Positions 9,034 through 20,465 of a DNA stretch of 64,000 nt are shown piece by piece. Positions within the stretch are counted from its first letter, which is position 1. Every line of letters starts with the position of its first letter. The DNA is from Candidatus Sericytochromatia bacterium (GTDB taxonomy: Bacteria > Cyanobacteriota > Sericytochromatia > UBA7694 > JACMQJ01). Where the stretch lies: assembly GCA_046328075.1 (NCBI GenBank), contig JAXLXG010000009.1, positions 59,613-123,612 on the forward strand. The letters run 5' to 3'. A program made the position numbers and the translations under genes. The notes beneath the pieces are model-generated. The model was not told the origin of the DNA, ran no database searches, and worked only from the letters and a program-made list of their open reading frames with translations.

Positions 9034-12000
9034 TTAAACCTCTTTTTTATAAATCCAAACTCTTAATAATGATAATAATTTTTCATTATCAACTGGTTTA
9101 CTTATATAATCAGATGCCCCAGCCTCAATACATTTCTCCCTATCGCCTTTCATAGCCTTTGCTGTTATAGCAATAATAGGGATATTTTTCATATTAGGCA
9201 TTTCTCTTATCTTTGTAATTGTCTCATAACCATCCATTTCAGGCATCATTATATCCATTAAAATTGCATCAATACTTGGAATTTTATTTAATATTTCAAT
9301 ACATTCTGTTCCACTCTTAGCATAGATAGATTCTGATTTATATCTTTCTAAAAGGCTGGTTAAAGCAAATATATTTCTTACATCATCATCAACTATTAAA
9401 ATTTTTCTTTCTCTTAGTATAGAATCTACTTGAGAAACCTTATTTATTATCACTCTTTTATCTTCAGAAAGTTTATTCTCTTCTATATGCATTAATGACG
9501 GAATATTTGATAATATTTGTTCTAGATATTCAGTTTGAAATATATGAATATTCTTTTTAACTTTATCAATTATAGATTGCTCATTATTTATAAATTCTTT
9601 TTCAGAATAAACAATAATACTAGGCAATTCGATTTCTTTTGAGTTTTTATCTAATGACTCTAAGATTTCTAATCCTGTTTTATCAATTTCTAAAATTAAT
9701 AAATCAAAACTATTATGTTGAACCTTACTAATAAAATCATCATGATTGTCAGAAAAGTCTAAAAGTATATTATCATTTGAAATTAAATTATTTATACTAT
9801 CTTTTTTAGCATCACTTATATAAGCTAAAATATATCTTTCTTCTCTTTCAATAAAGTTTTTTATATATGTAAGAGAACTTATTATATTTTCTCTAGACAT
9901 TGGTTTTTGTATAGCTAAGTATGCACCTTGATTAAATATAGCTTGTGACGATTCATATATAGATAGTATTGCAACTGGTATATGTTTTGTAGTTGGATTA
10001 TGCTTTATTCTGTCAAGTACAGACCAACCATCCATATCATGTAATTTAATATCTAATGTTATTGCATCTGGCTTATATTGATTAACCATCATCAATGCAA
10101 TCTCACCATTAAGAGCTATAACTCCTTTAAAACCGACCTCTCTAGCAGCCTCTAGAATTAGATTAGCAAATGTTATATCGTTTTCAACAATAAGTAATAT
10201 TTTACTACCTTCAGTTATGTTCTTCTTATCATCTGAAATTTCATTAACTTTATCTCTTTTTACTTTTGTATTAATAATATTATTTAATATATTATTTTTT
10301 TCTTCTAATATTTCTTTAGTTACAGCTAGTTCAGGTTTAAAGGTATTATGATTTTCATCATTAACACTATAGGGTAAGAATAAGGTAAATGTACTACCAT
10401 TATCAATTTCACTAATTAAAGTTAGTTCACCTTCAAGTAATGAGCTAATTTCTCTACTAATAGATAAACCTAAGCCTGTGCCACCATATTTTCTATTTGT
10501 TGTTCCTTCTGCTTGTTGAAAAGCTTCAAATATTATTTTCTGCTTTTCTTTTGGAACCCCTATTCCTGTGTCCTCTACAGCAAACGCTATCACTCCATTA
10601 GTTGAATCTAGAGTTTTATTCTCTTTATCCCATCCTTTAATGGCTTTATAAATTTTTAATTTAACATGACCTTGATGGGTAAATTTAAAAGCATTTGATA
10701 AAAGATTTTTTAATACTTGTTGCAATCTCTTTTGATCTGTATAAACTGTTTCAGGTAGATTAGGATCAAGTTCAACTGAAAACTCTAAGTTTTTAGTTTC
10801 TGCTAACTGAGCAAACGATCTTTCAATGTATTCTTTAAAATAAGCTACATTAACATCTTCTGGCTCAATACTTGTTGTACCTGACTCAATTTTTGCAAGA
10901 TCCAATACTTCATTTATTAATTCTAATAGTTCTGCACCAGAAGAATTAATTGTTCTAGCAAATTCAACTTGTTTTGGATTTAGATTATTATCATAGTTTT
11001 CAGATAACATTTTTGATAATATAAGCATACTATTTAGTGGAGTTCTTAACTCATGACTCATATTAGCTAAAAATTCTGATTTATATCTAGAAGTAAGAGA
11101 TAATTGTTCAGCCTTTTCTTCTAAAGATTTTTTTGCAATTTCAATTTCAGAATTTTTTCTTTCAACTTCAACATTCTGTAATGATAAAAGTTTTGCTTTT
11201 TCTTGTAATTCATCATTAGTTTGTTGTAATTCTTCTTGTTGTGTTTTAAGCCTTTCTTCTGATTCTTGAAGCGATTTAGCTTGTTGCTCTAATCTTTTAT
11301 TCTTTTCAGTTAATTCATGCTGTTGGTTTTGTAGTCTAGAGTTTGCTTCAGTTAATTCAGACTGTTGAGTTTTTAATTCCTCTGCTAATGATTGAGATTG
11401 TTGAAGTAATTGCTCTGTTCTCATACTAGATTCAACAGTATTTAAAACTATACCAATACTTTCAGTTAGCTGATCTAAAAAATTAATATGAATATCACTA
11501 AATCTATTAAATGAAGCTAATTCAATGACTGCCTTAACTTTTCCTTCAAATATAACAGGTAGAACTATTATATTAGAAGGTCTAGACTCTCCTAAACCAG
11601 AAGCAATTTTTACATAATCATCTGGAACTTCTGTTAATAATATTCTTTCTTTTTCCAGTACACATTGACCAACTAAACCTTCGCCTAGTGAGATTTTATT
11701 AGATAAATGTTTACGTTCTTTAAATGCATAAGTGCTTAACATTCTTAAAAATAATTCTTCTGCTGTAGAATCAATTAAATAGAATATTCCATGTTGTACT
11801 GTAAGTAGAGAAGCTAATTCTGAAAGTATAGCTTTAGAAACTGTTTGTAAATCTTTTTGACCTTGTAACATTCTTGTAAACTTGGCTAGATTTGTTTTTA
11901 ACCAATCTTGTTCAGTATTTTTCTTTGTTGTATCTCTTAAGTTGCCAATCATTTGGTTAATATTATCTTTAAGAATTTCCAATTCACCTTGAGTTTCAAC

Positions 12001-14877
12001 TGCAATTGATCTTGTTAAATCACCTTTTGTAACTGCAATTGCAACTTCTGCGATAGCTCTTACTTGTGTTGTAAGATTTGCAGCTAACTGATTAACATTA
12101 TCAGTTAAATCTTTCCATGTACCAGATGCCCCTGGAACTTTTGCTTGTCCACCTAGTTTTCCTTCAACTCCAACCTCACGAGCAACTGTTGTTACCTGTT
12201 CTGCAAATACTGCAAGTGTATCAGTCATATCATTAATTGTTCTTGCAAGTTCATCAATTTCACCTTTTGCATCAAATAGTAATTTTTGTTTTAAATCACC
12301 ATTAGCAACTGAGGTTACAACCCTTACAATACCTCGAACCTGATTTGTAAGGTTATTCGCCATTGTATTAACATTATCAGTTAAATCTTTCCAAGTTCCA
12401 GAAACACCCTGTACATTAGCTTGACCACCTAGCTTTCCATCAGAGCCAACCTCACGAGCAACTCTTGTTACCTCTGAAGCAAATGAACTAAGTTGATCAA
12501 CCATTGTATTAATAGTATTTTTAAGCTCTAATATTTCACCTTTTACATCAACAGTTATCTTTTTATTTAGATCTCCATTAGCAACTGCGGTTGTTACCTT
12601 TGCGATATCACGTACTTGATTTGTTAAGTTTGCAGCCATACTATTAACACTATCAGTTAAGTCTTTCCAAGTTCCTGCAACACCTTGAACATAAGCTTGT
12701 CCACCAAGTTTACCTTCATAACCAACTTCACGAGCAACCCTTGTTACCTCTGATGCAAATAGCCTTAACTGTTCAACCATTGTATTAACTGTTTCTTTTA
12801 ATTGTAAAAACTCACCTCTAACATCAACAGCAATCTTTTTAGATAAATCACCATTAGCAACTGCTGTTGTTACTTCTGCGATATTTCTTACTTGAGATGT
12901 AAGGTTATTCGCCATCATATTAACATTATCTGTTAAATCTTTCCAAGTACCAGAAACACCTTGTACATCTGCTTGACCACCTAACTTTCCTTCAGAACCT
13001 ACCTCACGAGCAACCCTTGTTACCTCTGACGCAAATGTACTTAACTGGTCTACCATTGTATTAATAGTATTTTTAAGTTCTAGAATCTCACCTTTTACAT
13101 CAACTGTGATTTTTCTATTTAGATCTCCTTTAGCAACTGCTGTTGTTACCTCTGCAATATTCCTCATTTGTGATGTAAGGTTATTAGCCATACTATTTAC
13201 ACTATCTGTTAAATCTTTCCAAGTACCACCAACCCCTTTTACTTGAGCTTGACCTCCTAATCTTCCTTCAGAACCTACCTCACGAGCAACCCTTGTTACC
13301 TCTGAGGCAAATGTACTAAGCTGATCCACCATTGTATTAATAGTGTTTTTAAGCTCTAATATCTCACCTTTTACATCAACAGTTATTTTTCTATTTAGAT
13401 CTCCATTAGCAACTGCTGTTGTTACTTCTGCAATATTTCTCATTTGAGATGTAAGGTTATTAGCCATACTATTAACAGATTCTGTTAAATCTTTCCAAGT
13501 ACCAGAAACACCTTGTACATCTGCTTGACCTCCTAGTTTTCCTTCAGAACCTACCTCACGAGCAACTCTTGTTACCTCTGACGCAAATGTACTTAACTGG
13601 TCTACCATTGTATTAATAGTGTTTTTAAGCTCTAATATTTCACCTTTTACATCAACTGTGATTTTTCTATTTAGATCTCCTTTAGCAACTGCTGTTGTTA
13701 CATCTGCGATATTTCTTACTTGTGCTGTAAGATTATTTGCCATACTATTTACACTATCTGTTAAATCTTTCCAAGTACCAGAAACACCTTGTACATCTGC
13801 TTGACCTCCTAGTTTTCCTTCAGAACCTACCTCACGAGCAACTCTTGTTACCTCTGATGCAAATGTACTAAGCTGATCCACCATTATATTAATAGTGTTT
13901 TTAAGCTCTAGAATCTCACCTTTTACATCAACAGTTATTTTTCTATTTAGATCTCCTTTAGCAACTGCTGTTGTTACATCTGCGATATTTCTTACTTGTG
14001 CTGTAAGATTATTTGCCATATTATTAACAGATTCGGTTAAGTCCTTCCAAGTACCAGACACACCTTGTACATCTGCTTGACCTCCTAGTTTTCCTTCAGA
14101 ACCTACCTCACGAGCAACCCTTGTTACCTCTGAAGAAAATGTACTAAGCTGATCCACCATTGTATTAATAGTGTTTTTAAGTTCTAGAATTTCACCTTTT
14201 ACATCAACTGATATTTTTTTCTTAAGGTCTCCATTAGCAACAGCAGTTGTTACTTTTGCAATATCACGTACTTGAGAGGTTAGATTATTTGCCATTGTAT
14301 TTACAGACTCTGTCAAATCTTTCCAAGTACCAGAAACACCTTGTACATCTGCTTGCCCCCCTAATTTTCCTTCCACACCAACTTCACGGGCAACCCTAGT
14401 TACCTCAGATGAAAATGTACTTAATTGATCAACCATTGTATTTACAGTTTTTGCTGTTTTTAAAAATTGTCCAGTCAATGGTCTATCATCAATTTCTAAA
14501 GTCATCTTTTGAGATAAATCGCCTTTAGCAACAGCAGTAATAACTCTTGCAACTTCTGATGTTGGTTGAACTAGGTCTGCAATTAAAGTATTAACAGATG
14601 AAATAGATTCTTCCCAAGCTCCAGAAACTTGACCAATACTAGCTTTTTGGTTTATTTTACCTTCTTTACCCACAACATTGCTAATTCTTTTAAGCTCTTT
14701 AGCCATTCTATTATTCAATGAAATAATATCATTAAGTGTATCTACAACTTTTCCAGAAATTCCTAAATAATTTTCAGGGAGTGAAACACTAAAATCGCCT
14801 TTTTTTACAGCAGTTAAAACTTTTAAAAGCATTTTTAAATCAAGCTCGTCAGACATTTCATTAGAACTTAAAGGCAT
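9034..14877 (-). CDS. Cytoplasmic hybrid sensor histidine kinase: poly-HAMP array (~11 units), GAF, HisKA, HATPase_c and two receiver domains
   Basis: 1947 aa with no TM segment. ~92-aa HAMP-like units are repeated (..[51 protein letters not shown]..). H-box [14 protein letters not shown] and [11 protein letters not shown]2 box are present, plus two D-containing REC domains. Confidence 0.9.
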   Translation of the reverse strand: MPLSSNEMSDELDLKMLLKVLTAVKKGDFSVSLPENYLGISGKVVDTLNDIISLNNRMAKELKRISNVVGKEGKINQKASIGQVSGAWEESISSVNTLIADLVQPTSEVARVITAVAKGDLSQKMTLEIDDRPLTGQFLKTAKTVNTMVDQLSTFSSEVTRVAREVGVEGKLGGQADVQGVSGTWKDLTESVNTMANNLTSQVRDIAKVTTAVANGDLKKKISVDVKGEILELKNTINTMVDQLSTFSSEVTRVAREVGSEGKLGGQADVQGVSGTWKDLTESVNNMANNLTAQVRNIADVTTAVAKGDLNRKITVDVKGEILELKNTINIMVDQLSTFASEVTRVAREVGSEGKLGGQADVQGVSGTWKDLTDSVNSMANNLTAQVRNIADVTTAVAKGDLNRKITVDVKGEILELKNTINTMVDQLSTFASEVTRVAREVGSEGKLGGQADVQGVSGTWKDLTESVNSMANNLTSQMRNIAEVTTAVANGDLNRKITVDVKGEILELKNTINTMVDQLSTFASEVTRVAREVGSEGRLGGQAQVKGVGGTWKDLTDSVNSMANNLTSQMRNIAEVTTAVAKGDLNRKITVDVKGEILELKNTINTMVDQLSTFASEVTRVAREVGSEGKLGGQADVQGVSGTWKDLTDNVNMMANNLTSQVRNIAEVTTAVANGDLSKKIAVDVRGEFLQLKETVNTMVEQLRLFASEVTRVAREVGYEGKLGGQAYVQGVAGTWKDLTDSVNSMAANLTNQVRDIAKVTTAVANGDLNKKITVDVKGEILELKNTINTMVDQLSSFASEVTRVAREVGSDGKLGGQANVQGVSGTWKDLTDNVNTMANNLTNQVRGIVRVVTSVANGDLKQKLLFDAKGEIDELARTINDMTDTLAVFAEQVTTVAREVGVEGKLGGQAKVPGASGTWKDLTDNVNQLAANLTTQVRAIAEVAIAVTKGDLTRSIAVETQGELEILKDNINQMIGNLRDTTKKNTEQDWLKTNLAKFTRMLQGQKDLQTVSKAILSELASLLTVQHGIFYLIDSTAEELFLRMLSTYAFKERKHLSNKISLGEGLVGQCVLEKERILLTEVPDDYVKIASGLGESRPSNIIVLPVIFEGKVKAVIELASFNRFSDIHINFLDQLTESIGIVLNTVESSMRTEQLLQQSQSLAEELKTQQSELTEANSRLQNQQHELTEKNKRLEQQAKSLQESEERLKTQQEELQQTNDELQEKAKLLSLQNVEVERKNSEIEIAKKSLEEKAEQLSLTSRYKSEFLANMSHELRTPLNSMLILSKMLSENYDNNLNPKQVEFARTINSSGAELLELINEVLDLAKIESGTTSIEPEDVNVAYFKEYIERSFAQLAETKNLEFSVELDPNLPETVYTDQKRLQQVLKNLLSNAFKFTHQGHVKLKIYKAIKGWDKENKTLDSTNGVIAFAVEDTGIGVPKEKQKIIFEAFQQAEGTTNRKYGGTGLGLSISREISSLLEGELTLISEIDNGSTFTLFLPYSVNDENHNTFKPELAVTKEILEEKNNILNNIINTKVKRDKVNEISDDKKNITEGSKILLIVENDITFANLILEAAREVGFKGVIALNGEIALMMVNQYKPDAITLDIKLHDMDGWSVLDRIKHNPTTKHIPVAILSIYESSQAIFNQGAYLAIQKPMSRENIISSLTYIKNFIEREERYILAYISDAKKDSINNLISNDNILLDFSDNHDDFISKVQHNSFDLLILEIDKTGLEILESLDKNSKEIELPSIIVYSEKEFINNEQSIIDKVKKNIHIFQTEYLEQILSNIPSLMHIEENKLSEDKRVIINKVSQVDSILRERKILIVDDDVRNIFALTSLLERYKSESIYAKSGTECIEILNKIPSIDAILMDIMMPEMDGYETITKIREMPNMKNIPIIAITAKAMKGDREKCIEAGASDYISKPVDNEKLLSLLRVWIYKKEV
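11490..14580 (-). repeat. Intragenic tandem array of ~276-bp (92-aa) HAMP-encoding repeats; the central units are >90% identical at the nucleotide level
   Basis: The protein repeat is evident. Near-identical antisense ORFs at 13619 and 13895 lie exactly 276 bp apart and are 57/61 aa identical. Confidence 0.85.
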
Positions 14878-15391
14878 TTATAAACTCCCAAATATTCAAA
14901 TTTTATTTCATTATATAATGTAATTATTAAAGTATGTGTATTTTTAATGTTTTTATTGTAAGAAAATATTAATTGTAATTTAAAGTAAGTAAAAAGATAA
15001 TAAATGATAAGTAAACATAGAAGAAGACAAGAGTTAGTAATTTATATAATTTGATATATTTTTAGCAACTATATATTGATATAATAAGAATTTCTCAATT
15101 TAGGTTATAATTTAAAAAAATGAAAAGTAGAAATATGATATAGTTTTAACAAGGTTTAAAATTTTTTCTAAGTTATAAAAAATCTGTACTATTTGTATTC
15201 TAAAATTTTCATAAATAACAAATTCTTTTATTAATGATATTTACAAATGCTAAGATTATATTAAATTAAAATATTTTTTTGCTTACTAAATAGTTACAAA
15301 ATAACTATAATTTATAAATAATGATAGAATTAAAACAAAGTTCTTAATATAGCTAGATTATATTTTACAAATGTGTTTTTTTAAAGCTTAG
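14878..15391. promoter_or_regulatory. 514-bp AT-rich divergent intergenic region between the two large sensor-kinase genes
   Basis: No ORF; bounded by divergent start codons at 14877 (-) and 15392 (+). It should contain both promoters. Confidence 0.4.
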
Positions 15392-18300
15392 ATGCATAAA
15401 ATTTTATCAAACCTAGTATTTATCATATTTATATATGTTTTATTTTCTCTGCCTTCAAATGCTGAGGTAATAATAGATGATGGAAATACAATTTATAACC
15501 CTGTTCCAAATTCAGAGTTTTTTGAAGATAAAGATAAGGAATATGATATAAATCAACTACATAACATAGATTTTAACAAAAATAATAAAAAAGTATATAA
15601 TTTTGGTTTTACAAAATCTGATTATTGGATTAAGTTTAGCTTATCAAATAAAACTAAAGAAAAATATGTAATTAGTGTAGATTATCCTCCTCTTGATGTT
15701 GTTGATATTTACTTTTTTAAAGATTCAAAACTAGTTGAGCAAAAAAAATCTGGTGATTCATTACCTTTTTATAATAGAGATATAGTTAATAGAAATTATA
15801 TTTTTAAAATACCTGAAAATATAGATACTTGTTATTTAAAAATCAACTCAACAGGCTCAGTTACAGTTCCTATATCAATTATCCCAGAAAAAGTATTTAT
15901 AAATAATGATAGAAATGAGAATGTTTTATTGGGTATATATTCTGGAATAATTATTGCTATTTCAATTTATAGCTTATTATTGTTTATTTCTTTAGGTGAG
16001 ATAAATTATCTTTTTTATAGTTTATATGTTCTTGGTTATGGAATATTCCAAATGGCTTTAAATGGAACAGGATACCAGTTTTTTTGGTATAAATCACCTT
16101 ATATTAATAGTATTTCAATTCCTGTATCTGGTTATTTTGGTATATTTTGGATGTTAAACTTTTCAAAAAGCTTCTTAGAATTGGATGATAAATCTCTAGA
16201 TAAAAAAGAAAACAAAAATTTATTACTTAAGTTAACAAATGTAATGATTTATATAGCTTTATTCAGTTTTTTATTAAGTTTTATATTACCATATTCTATA
16301 ACGGTTAGATTATTAGCTTTATTTGTAGTTATTGCAATATTCCTTATTGTAATTTTAAATATACAAGCTATAAAAAGAGGTATTGAATCTGCTAAATACT
16401 TTTTAAGTGCTTGGTTAATATTTTTGATACCTGTTACTTTATTTGCCCTAAAAACTTTAGGTCTTATACCTAATAATTTTTTTACAAATTATGGGATACA
16501 AATATTTTATATAGCTCAAATGATGCTTATAGCAATGGCTATAGGTCAAAGAATTAATATTATAAAACTTGAAAGAGAAAAAGCTCAGCTTCAAGCAATT
16601 GAAAGCCAAAATATGTCTATAGAAAATTTGAAAAAAATAGATAAGATGAAGGATGAGTTTTTGGCTAATACATCTCATGAATTAAGGACACCGTTAAATG
16701 GTATTATAGGTATATCAGAATCTTTAATTGATGGAGTTGCAGGTAAATTAGGTTCAAAAGCAAATGAAAACTTAGAGATTGTTGTTTCAAGTGCAAAAAG
16801 ATTAGCTAATCTTGTTAATGATATTCTTGATTTTTCAAAATTGAAGAATAAAGATTTAAACCTAAATATTAAAACTGTGGATATTAAATCTTTAACAGAT
16901 ATTGTTTTTGTAATAATGGCTAATTCAAAAAGAAAAGATGTAGAATTACAAAACCTGATAAATATTGAATCCCCCTTTGTTTTGGCGGATGAAGATAGAC
17001 TTCATCAAATTATGAACAATCTTATTGGAAATGCTGTTAAATTCACTGAGCATGGTTTTATTTCTGTTAGTGCTATAAATGAAAAAGACTTTTTAAAAAT
17101 TATAATTGAAGATACAGGAATTGGAATCCCTGAGAATAAAATTTCAGATATTTTTAAACCGTTTGAACAAGTTGATTCTTCTACTTCTAGAAATTATGGA
17201 GGAACAGGTATTGGTTTAACTATAACAAAACATCTAATTGAATTACATGGAGGTTCTATTAATGTTGAATCTAAAATTGGTGAAGGTTCTAAGTTTATTT
17301 TTTCATTACCAATATCAAAAGAAAAACCAAAACAAAAAACAACACAAGAACTTATATCAAAAGTTAAATATGAATCTGAGATAGAAGAAGATTTTGAGAT
17401 TGGTATATTATCAGAGCAAAAAAATATACATATTTTAATAGTAGATGATGAGCCTGTTAATTTACAAGTGTTAAAAAATCATTTGTCACTTCAAAATTAC
17501 AATATAACACAAGCTACAAGTGGTCAAGAGGCAATTAAAATACTTGAAAATGTAAAACCTGATCTTATTATTTTAGATGTAATGATGCCAAATATGTCTG
17601 GATATGATGTAAGTAAAAAAGTAAGAGAATTATATCCAGCAAGTGAATTACCAATTGTTATGCTTACAGCAAAAAATATGGTTAATGACTTACTAGAAGG
17701 TTTTGACTCTGGTGCTAATGATTATCTTACTAAGCCTGTTTCAAAATCTGAACTTTTAGCGAGAATAAAAACGCATACTCAACTTGCTAAAATAAATAAT
17801 GCATATAAAAGATTTATACCAAAAGAGTTTATAACATTTTTAGAAAGAGAAAATATTATTGATATAAAACTTGGAGATCAAGTTCAAAGAAAAATGACCA
17901 TAATGTTTTCTGATATTAGATCTTTTACTAGTATTTCTGAAAAAATGACCCCAGAAGAAAATTTTAATTTTATAAATTCATATTTAAGTAGAGTTAGCCC
18001 TTCAATTAGAAAGAATAATGGTTTTATTGATAAATACATTGGTGATGGAATTATGGCTCTTTTTCCTCATAGTTCAGAAGATGCAATAAAAGCTGCTATT
18101 TCAATGATTAAAGAACTTGATATTTATAATCAATATCTTATTAAGTCAGGATTACAAGAGATAAAAATTGGAATTGGTATACATACAGGTTTATTGATGC
18201 TTGGAACAGTTGGAGAAGAAGAAAGAATGGAAGGAACTGTTATATCTGATTCTGTTAATTTAGCCTCAAGATTAGAAGGTGTTAATAAAACATATAGTTC

Positions 18301-18622
18301 ATCTATTATTGTAAGTGAGAGTGCCCTTAATGATGCTAAAGATAAAAATTTTAGATATAGATTTTTAGGTGTTGTATCTGTAAAAGGTAAAGAGAATAAA
18401 ATATCAATATTTGAAGTATTTGAATCTGATAATGAAGATATAGCAAATTTAAAACAAAAAACAAAAGATGCTTTTGAAAATGGTGTAAGTCTATTTCAAC
18501 AAAAAGAATATCAAGAAGCTTTTGAACAGTTTAAAGCTGTTGTTAGGATTAATAAAGATGATAAGGCTGCTATGTACTATATGCATGAATGTGTAGAAAA
18601 AAACAGTTTAGATAAATTTTAA
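15392..18622 (+). CDS. 7TMR-DISM sensor hybrid histidine kinase / receiver fused to a class III adenylate/guanylate cyclase domain
   Basis: Signal peptide, an extracellular domain followed by a 7-TM block, H-box [23 protein letters not shown], a REC domain (ILDVMMP..D), then a cyclase domain (MFSDIRSFTSI...IGDGIMALF...GIHTG..G) and a short TPR-like tail. Confidence 0.9.
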   Translation: MHKILSNLVFIIFIYVLFSLPSNAEVIIDDGNTIYNPVPNSEFFEDKDKEYDINQLHNIDFNKNNKKVYNFGFTKSDYWIKFSLSNKTKEKYVISVDYPPLDVVDIYFFKDSKLVEQKKSGDSLPFYNRDIVNRNYIFKIPENIDTCYLKINSTGSVTVPISIIPEKVFINNDRNENVLLGIYSGIIIAISIYSLLLFISLGEINYLFYSLYVLGYGIFQMALNGTGYQFFWYKSPYINSISIPVSGYFGIFWMLNFSKSFLELDDKSLDKKENKNLLLKLTNVMIYIALFSFLLSFILPYSITVRLLALFVVIAIFLIVILNIQAIKRGIESAKYFLSAWLIFLIPVTLFALKTLGLIPNNFFTNYGIQIFYIAQMMLIAMAIGQRINIIKLEREKAQLQAIESQNMSIENLKKIDKMKDEFLANTSHELRTPLNGIIGISESLIDGVAGKLGSKANENLEIVVSSAKRLANLVNDILDFSKLKNKDLNLNIKTVDIKSLTDIVFVIMANSKRKDVELQNLINIESPFVLADEDRLHQIMNNLIGNAVKFTEHGFISVSAINEKDFLKIIIEDTGIGIPENKISDIFKPFEQVDSSTSRNYGGTGIGLTITKHLIELHGGSINVESKIGEGSKFIFSLPISKEKPKQKTTQELISKVKYESEIEEDFEIGILSEQKNIHILIVDDEPVNLQVLKNHLSLQNYNITQATSGQEAIKILENVKPDLIILDVMMPNMSGYDVSKKVRELYPASELPIVMLTAKNMVNDLLEGFDSGANDYLTKPVSKSELLARIKTHTQLAKINNAYKRFIPKEFITFLERENIIDIKLGDQVQRKMTIMFSDIRSFTSISEKMTPEENFNFINSYLSRVSPSIRKNNGFIDKYIGDGIMALFPHSSEDAIKAAISMIKELDIYNQYLIKSGLQEIKIGIGIHTGLLMLGTVGEEERMEGTVISDSVNLASRLEGVNKTYSSSIIVSESALNDAKDKNFRYRFLGVVSVKGKENKISIFEVFESDNEDIANLKQKTKDAFENGVSLFQQKEYQEAFEQFKAVVRINKDDKAAMYYMHECVEKNSLDKF

Positions 18623-18755
18623 TTATTAAAACAAAATTATTTTACATTTTTACAATGAGCTAAAGCTACATTGTTCAAAGGTTCCTTTGTTACAAAAAAT
18701 GCAAATTATAATATTTCAAGTATATTTTCAGCTTTCACATTTAACTTGATATAAG

Positions 18756-19928
18756 CTATTTCTGAGGGTTTATTACTCCAGCTTGTTCTAATATAAGTCT
18801 ATAACCTTGAGTTGCTTTTCCTACTGTCCAATTTACTGAAGCTCCAATTATATTTAATGCTCCTAAATCTATTCTAGCAGCTACATTATCAACTTTATCC
18901 ATAACACCTGCATATTTTGAAAATAAGTTATCAGCTAAATCACATGATGCATAATCTATTTCACCTTTTTCTTTATCAACTGGAGATAAAGCTGGTTTTT
19001 CACCTATTCCAGCCATTTCTAAACTTGCACCTACTGCATGTCTTATTTCTTGTGCTTCTTCAGATCTTATTGTATGTTCCCAATCAACTAATGATCTTGC
19101 TACATTAGGTCTTTCTGTTATTGCATAAGCTGCTTGTATACCAAAGAAATGATACCAAGGCCCCATTTTATCACCTGAATTTGATTCTCTTAGGTTTCCA
19201 AGTTTGCTAACTATTGCAAGTTCATCTTTACTTAATGACTGAGCTCCTTCAAATCTTCCCCTATATGTAAGATTCTTGAGTAAGTTATTAGCAGCTAGTG
19301 AAGCTAAACCATAATCACCTTTCGTTGCATCAAGAGCAAATTTTAATACATCTGCTGGTGTTAAATTTTCTTTTCCAGAATTTAATATATTTTTTTGTAG
19401 TCTGCTTATATAGCTTGTTCCATCAGGAAGCTTTGCTCCAACCATTTTTTCATATTTCCCTCCCTCACCATTTATTTCAGGAGCACCTGATGCACCAATA
19501 ACATTATAAAAAGAAAGAGAGTCAAAATCTGTATTAATACCACTAGGTAATTTATCTGTAGTAAAACCAGGTATCTTTAATGCTGGATAATTCGTAACAA
19601 TATCAAAACAGTCTTTAACTGTTTGTTTTGGGTCAAAAACATCAGTCGTTCCACCAGCTTTCGCCCTAAATACATTTTTTGCATATGAGTTTTTTGCATC
19701 ATCACTAATAGAGAACTTAAAAGCATTTGGAGTTATTTGTTTTAAATTAACTTTATTATCTTGTATTTTTAGTGCTAAGTCATCAGTTATTGTATGTACA
19801 GAAAAATATCCATTATTATCTTTAACTATTACTTCACAACCTTTATTTTTATCAGCAAAATTTATTGCCTCTTTTTCTGTCTTAAAAGTTGCTAATGGTT
19901 TTTGACTATATCCAGATATTCCACTCAT
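18756..19928 (-). CDS. Hypothetical protein (390 aa), no recognisable domain
   Basis: Long ORF with less AT-biased amino-acid composition (G/A-rich) than its neighbours. No signal peptide or TM segment. Confidence 0.5.
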   Translation of the reverse strand: MSGISGYSQKPLATFKTEKEAINFADKNKGCEVIVKDNNGYFSVHTITDDLALKIQDNKVNLKQITPNAFKFSISDDAKNSYAKNVFRAKAGGTTDVFDPKQTVKDCFDIVTNYPALKIPGFTTDKLPSGINTDFDSLSFYNVIGASGAPEINGEGGKYEKMVGAKLPDGTSYISRLQKNILNSGKENLTPADVLKFALDATKGDYGLASLAANNLLKNLTYRGRFEGAQSLSKDELAIVSKLGNLRESNSGDKMGPWYHFFGIQAAYAITERPNVARSLVDWEHTIRSEEAQEIRHAVGASLEMAGIGEKPALSPVDKEKGEIDYASCDLADNLFSKYAGVMDKVDNVAARIDLGALNIIGASVNWTVGKATQGYRLILEQAGVINPQK

Positions 19929-20014
19929 TTAGTTATTCCTTTATTATTTTTCTTTCATTAAAAAAATATGAGATAATTAAAATCATAAATATTTTTACTT
20001 TATTATAGAATAAA

Positions 20015-20395
20015 ATGGACTTTAACTTTCCTTCTAAAATACAATTAATACCTATTTTATTGATTATACCTATCGTATTAACTTTAAAAAGCTTTATAAA
20101 AAATGATTTACCTCATGATTCTATAACAAAATATAAAATATTTTCAAAATACATTGAAATATTTTTTTTTATGGGATTTGTCCTTTTATCTATATTTGAT
20201 AAATTATTAGCTGTATTTTCATTACTAATGTTCTTTTTATACTCATTAGATCAAAGCATAAGATTAATATCTTTAGGTATAAAAAACATTATTCTAAAAA
20301 AAGATAGTAAAAATATTAAAATAATAGTTATTGGATTATTAATATTAATATTTTCCTTGTTTTTATCTTATTTTTCAATAAAAAATATTAAATAG
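20015..20395 (+). CDS. Small hydrophobic membrane protein, hypothetical
   Basis: 126 aa with 3-4 predicted TM segments. Low complexity, so it could be spurious. Confidence 0.35.
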   Translation: MDFNFPSKIQLIPILLIIPIVLTLKSFIKNDLPHDSITKYKIFSKYIEIFFFMGFVLLSIFDKLLAVFSLLMFFLYSLDQSIRLISLGIKNIILKKDSKNIKIIVIGLLILIFSLFLSYFSIKNIK

Positions 20396-20465
20396 AATAA
20401 TATTGGACAACGAAATATTATTATATTATTATTTGTTAGGAGCAAGTTATTGAAAGGGACATAAT

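Noticed and set aside
13619-14080. Two 61-aa plus-strand ORFs (13619-13804, 13895-14080) with near-identical products
   Set aside because: They are antisense read-throughs of the HAMP repeat units of the minus-strand kinase gene. They are useful only as evidence of the 276-bp periodicity.
16457-16678. Short antisense ORFs inside long genes (16457-16678, 18917-19108, 19298-19501, 20503-20739, 21911-22099, 24369-24589, 29324-29587, 31173-31400, 34867-35172, 41247-41462, 42213-42413, 45501-45707, 49641-49853, 50182-50364, 52449-52685, 58026-58235, 62568-62771)
   Set aside because: Each lies entirely within a larger, better-supported CDS on the opposite strand or in another frame. None has an RBS or a recognisable product.
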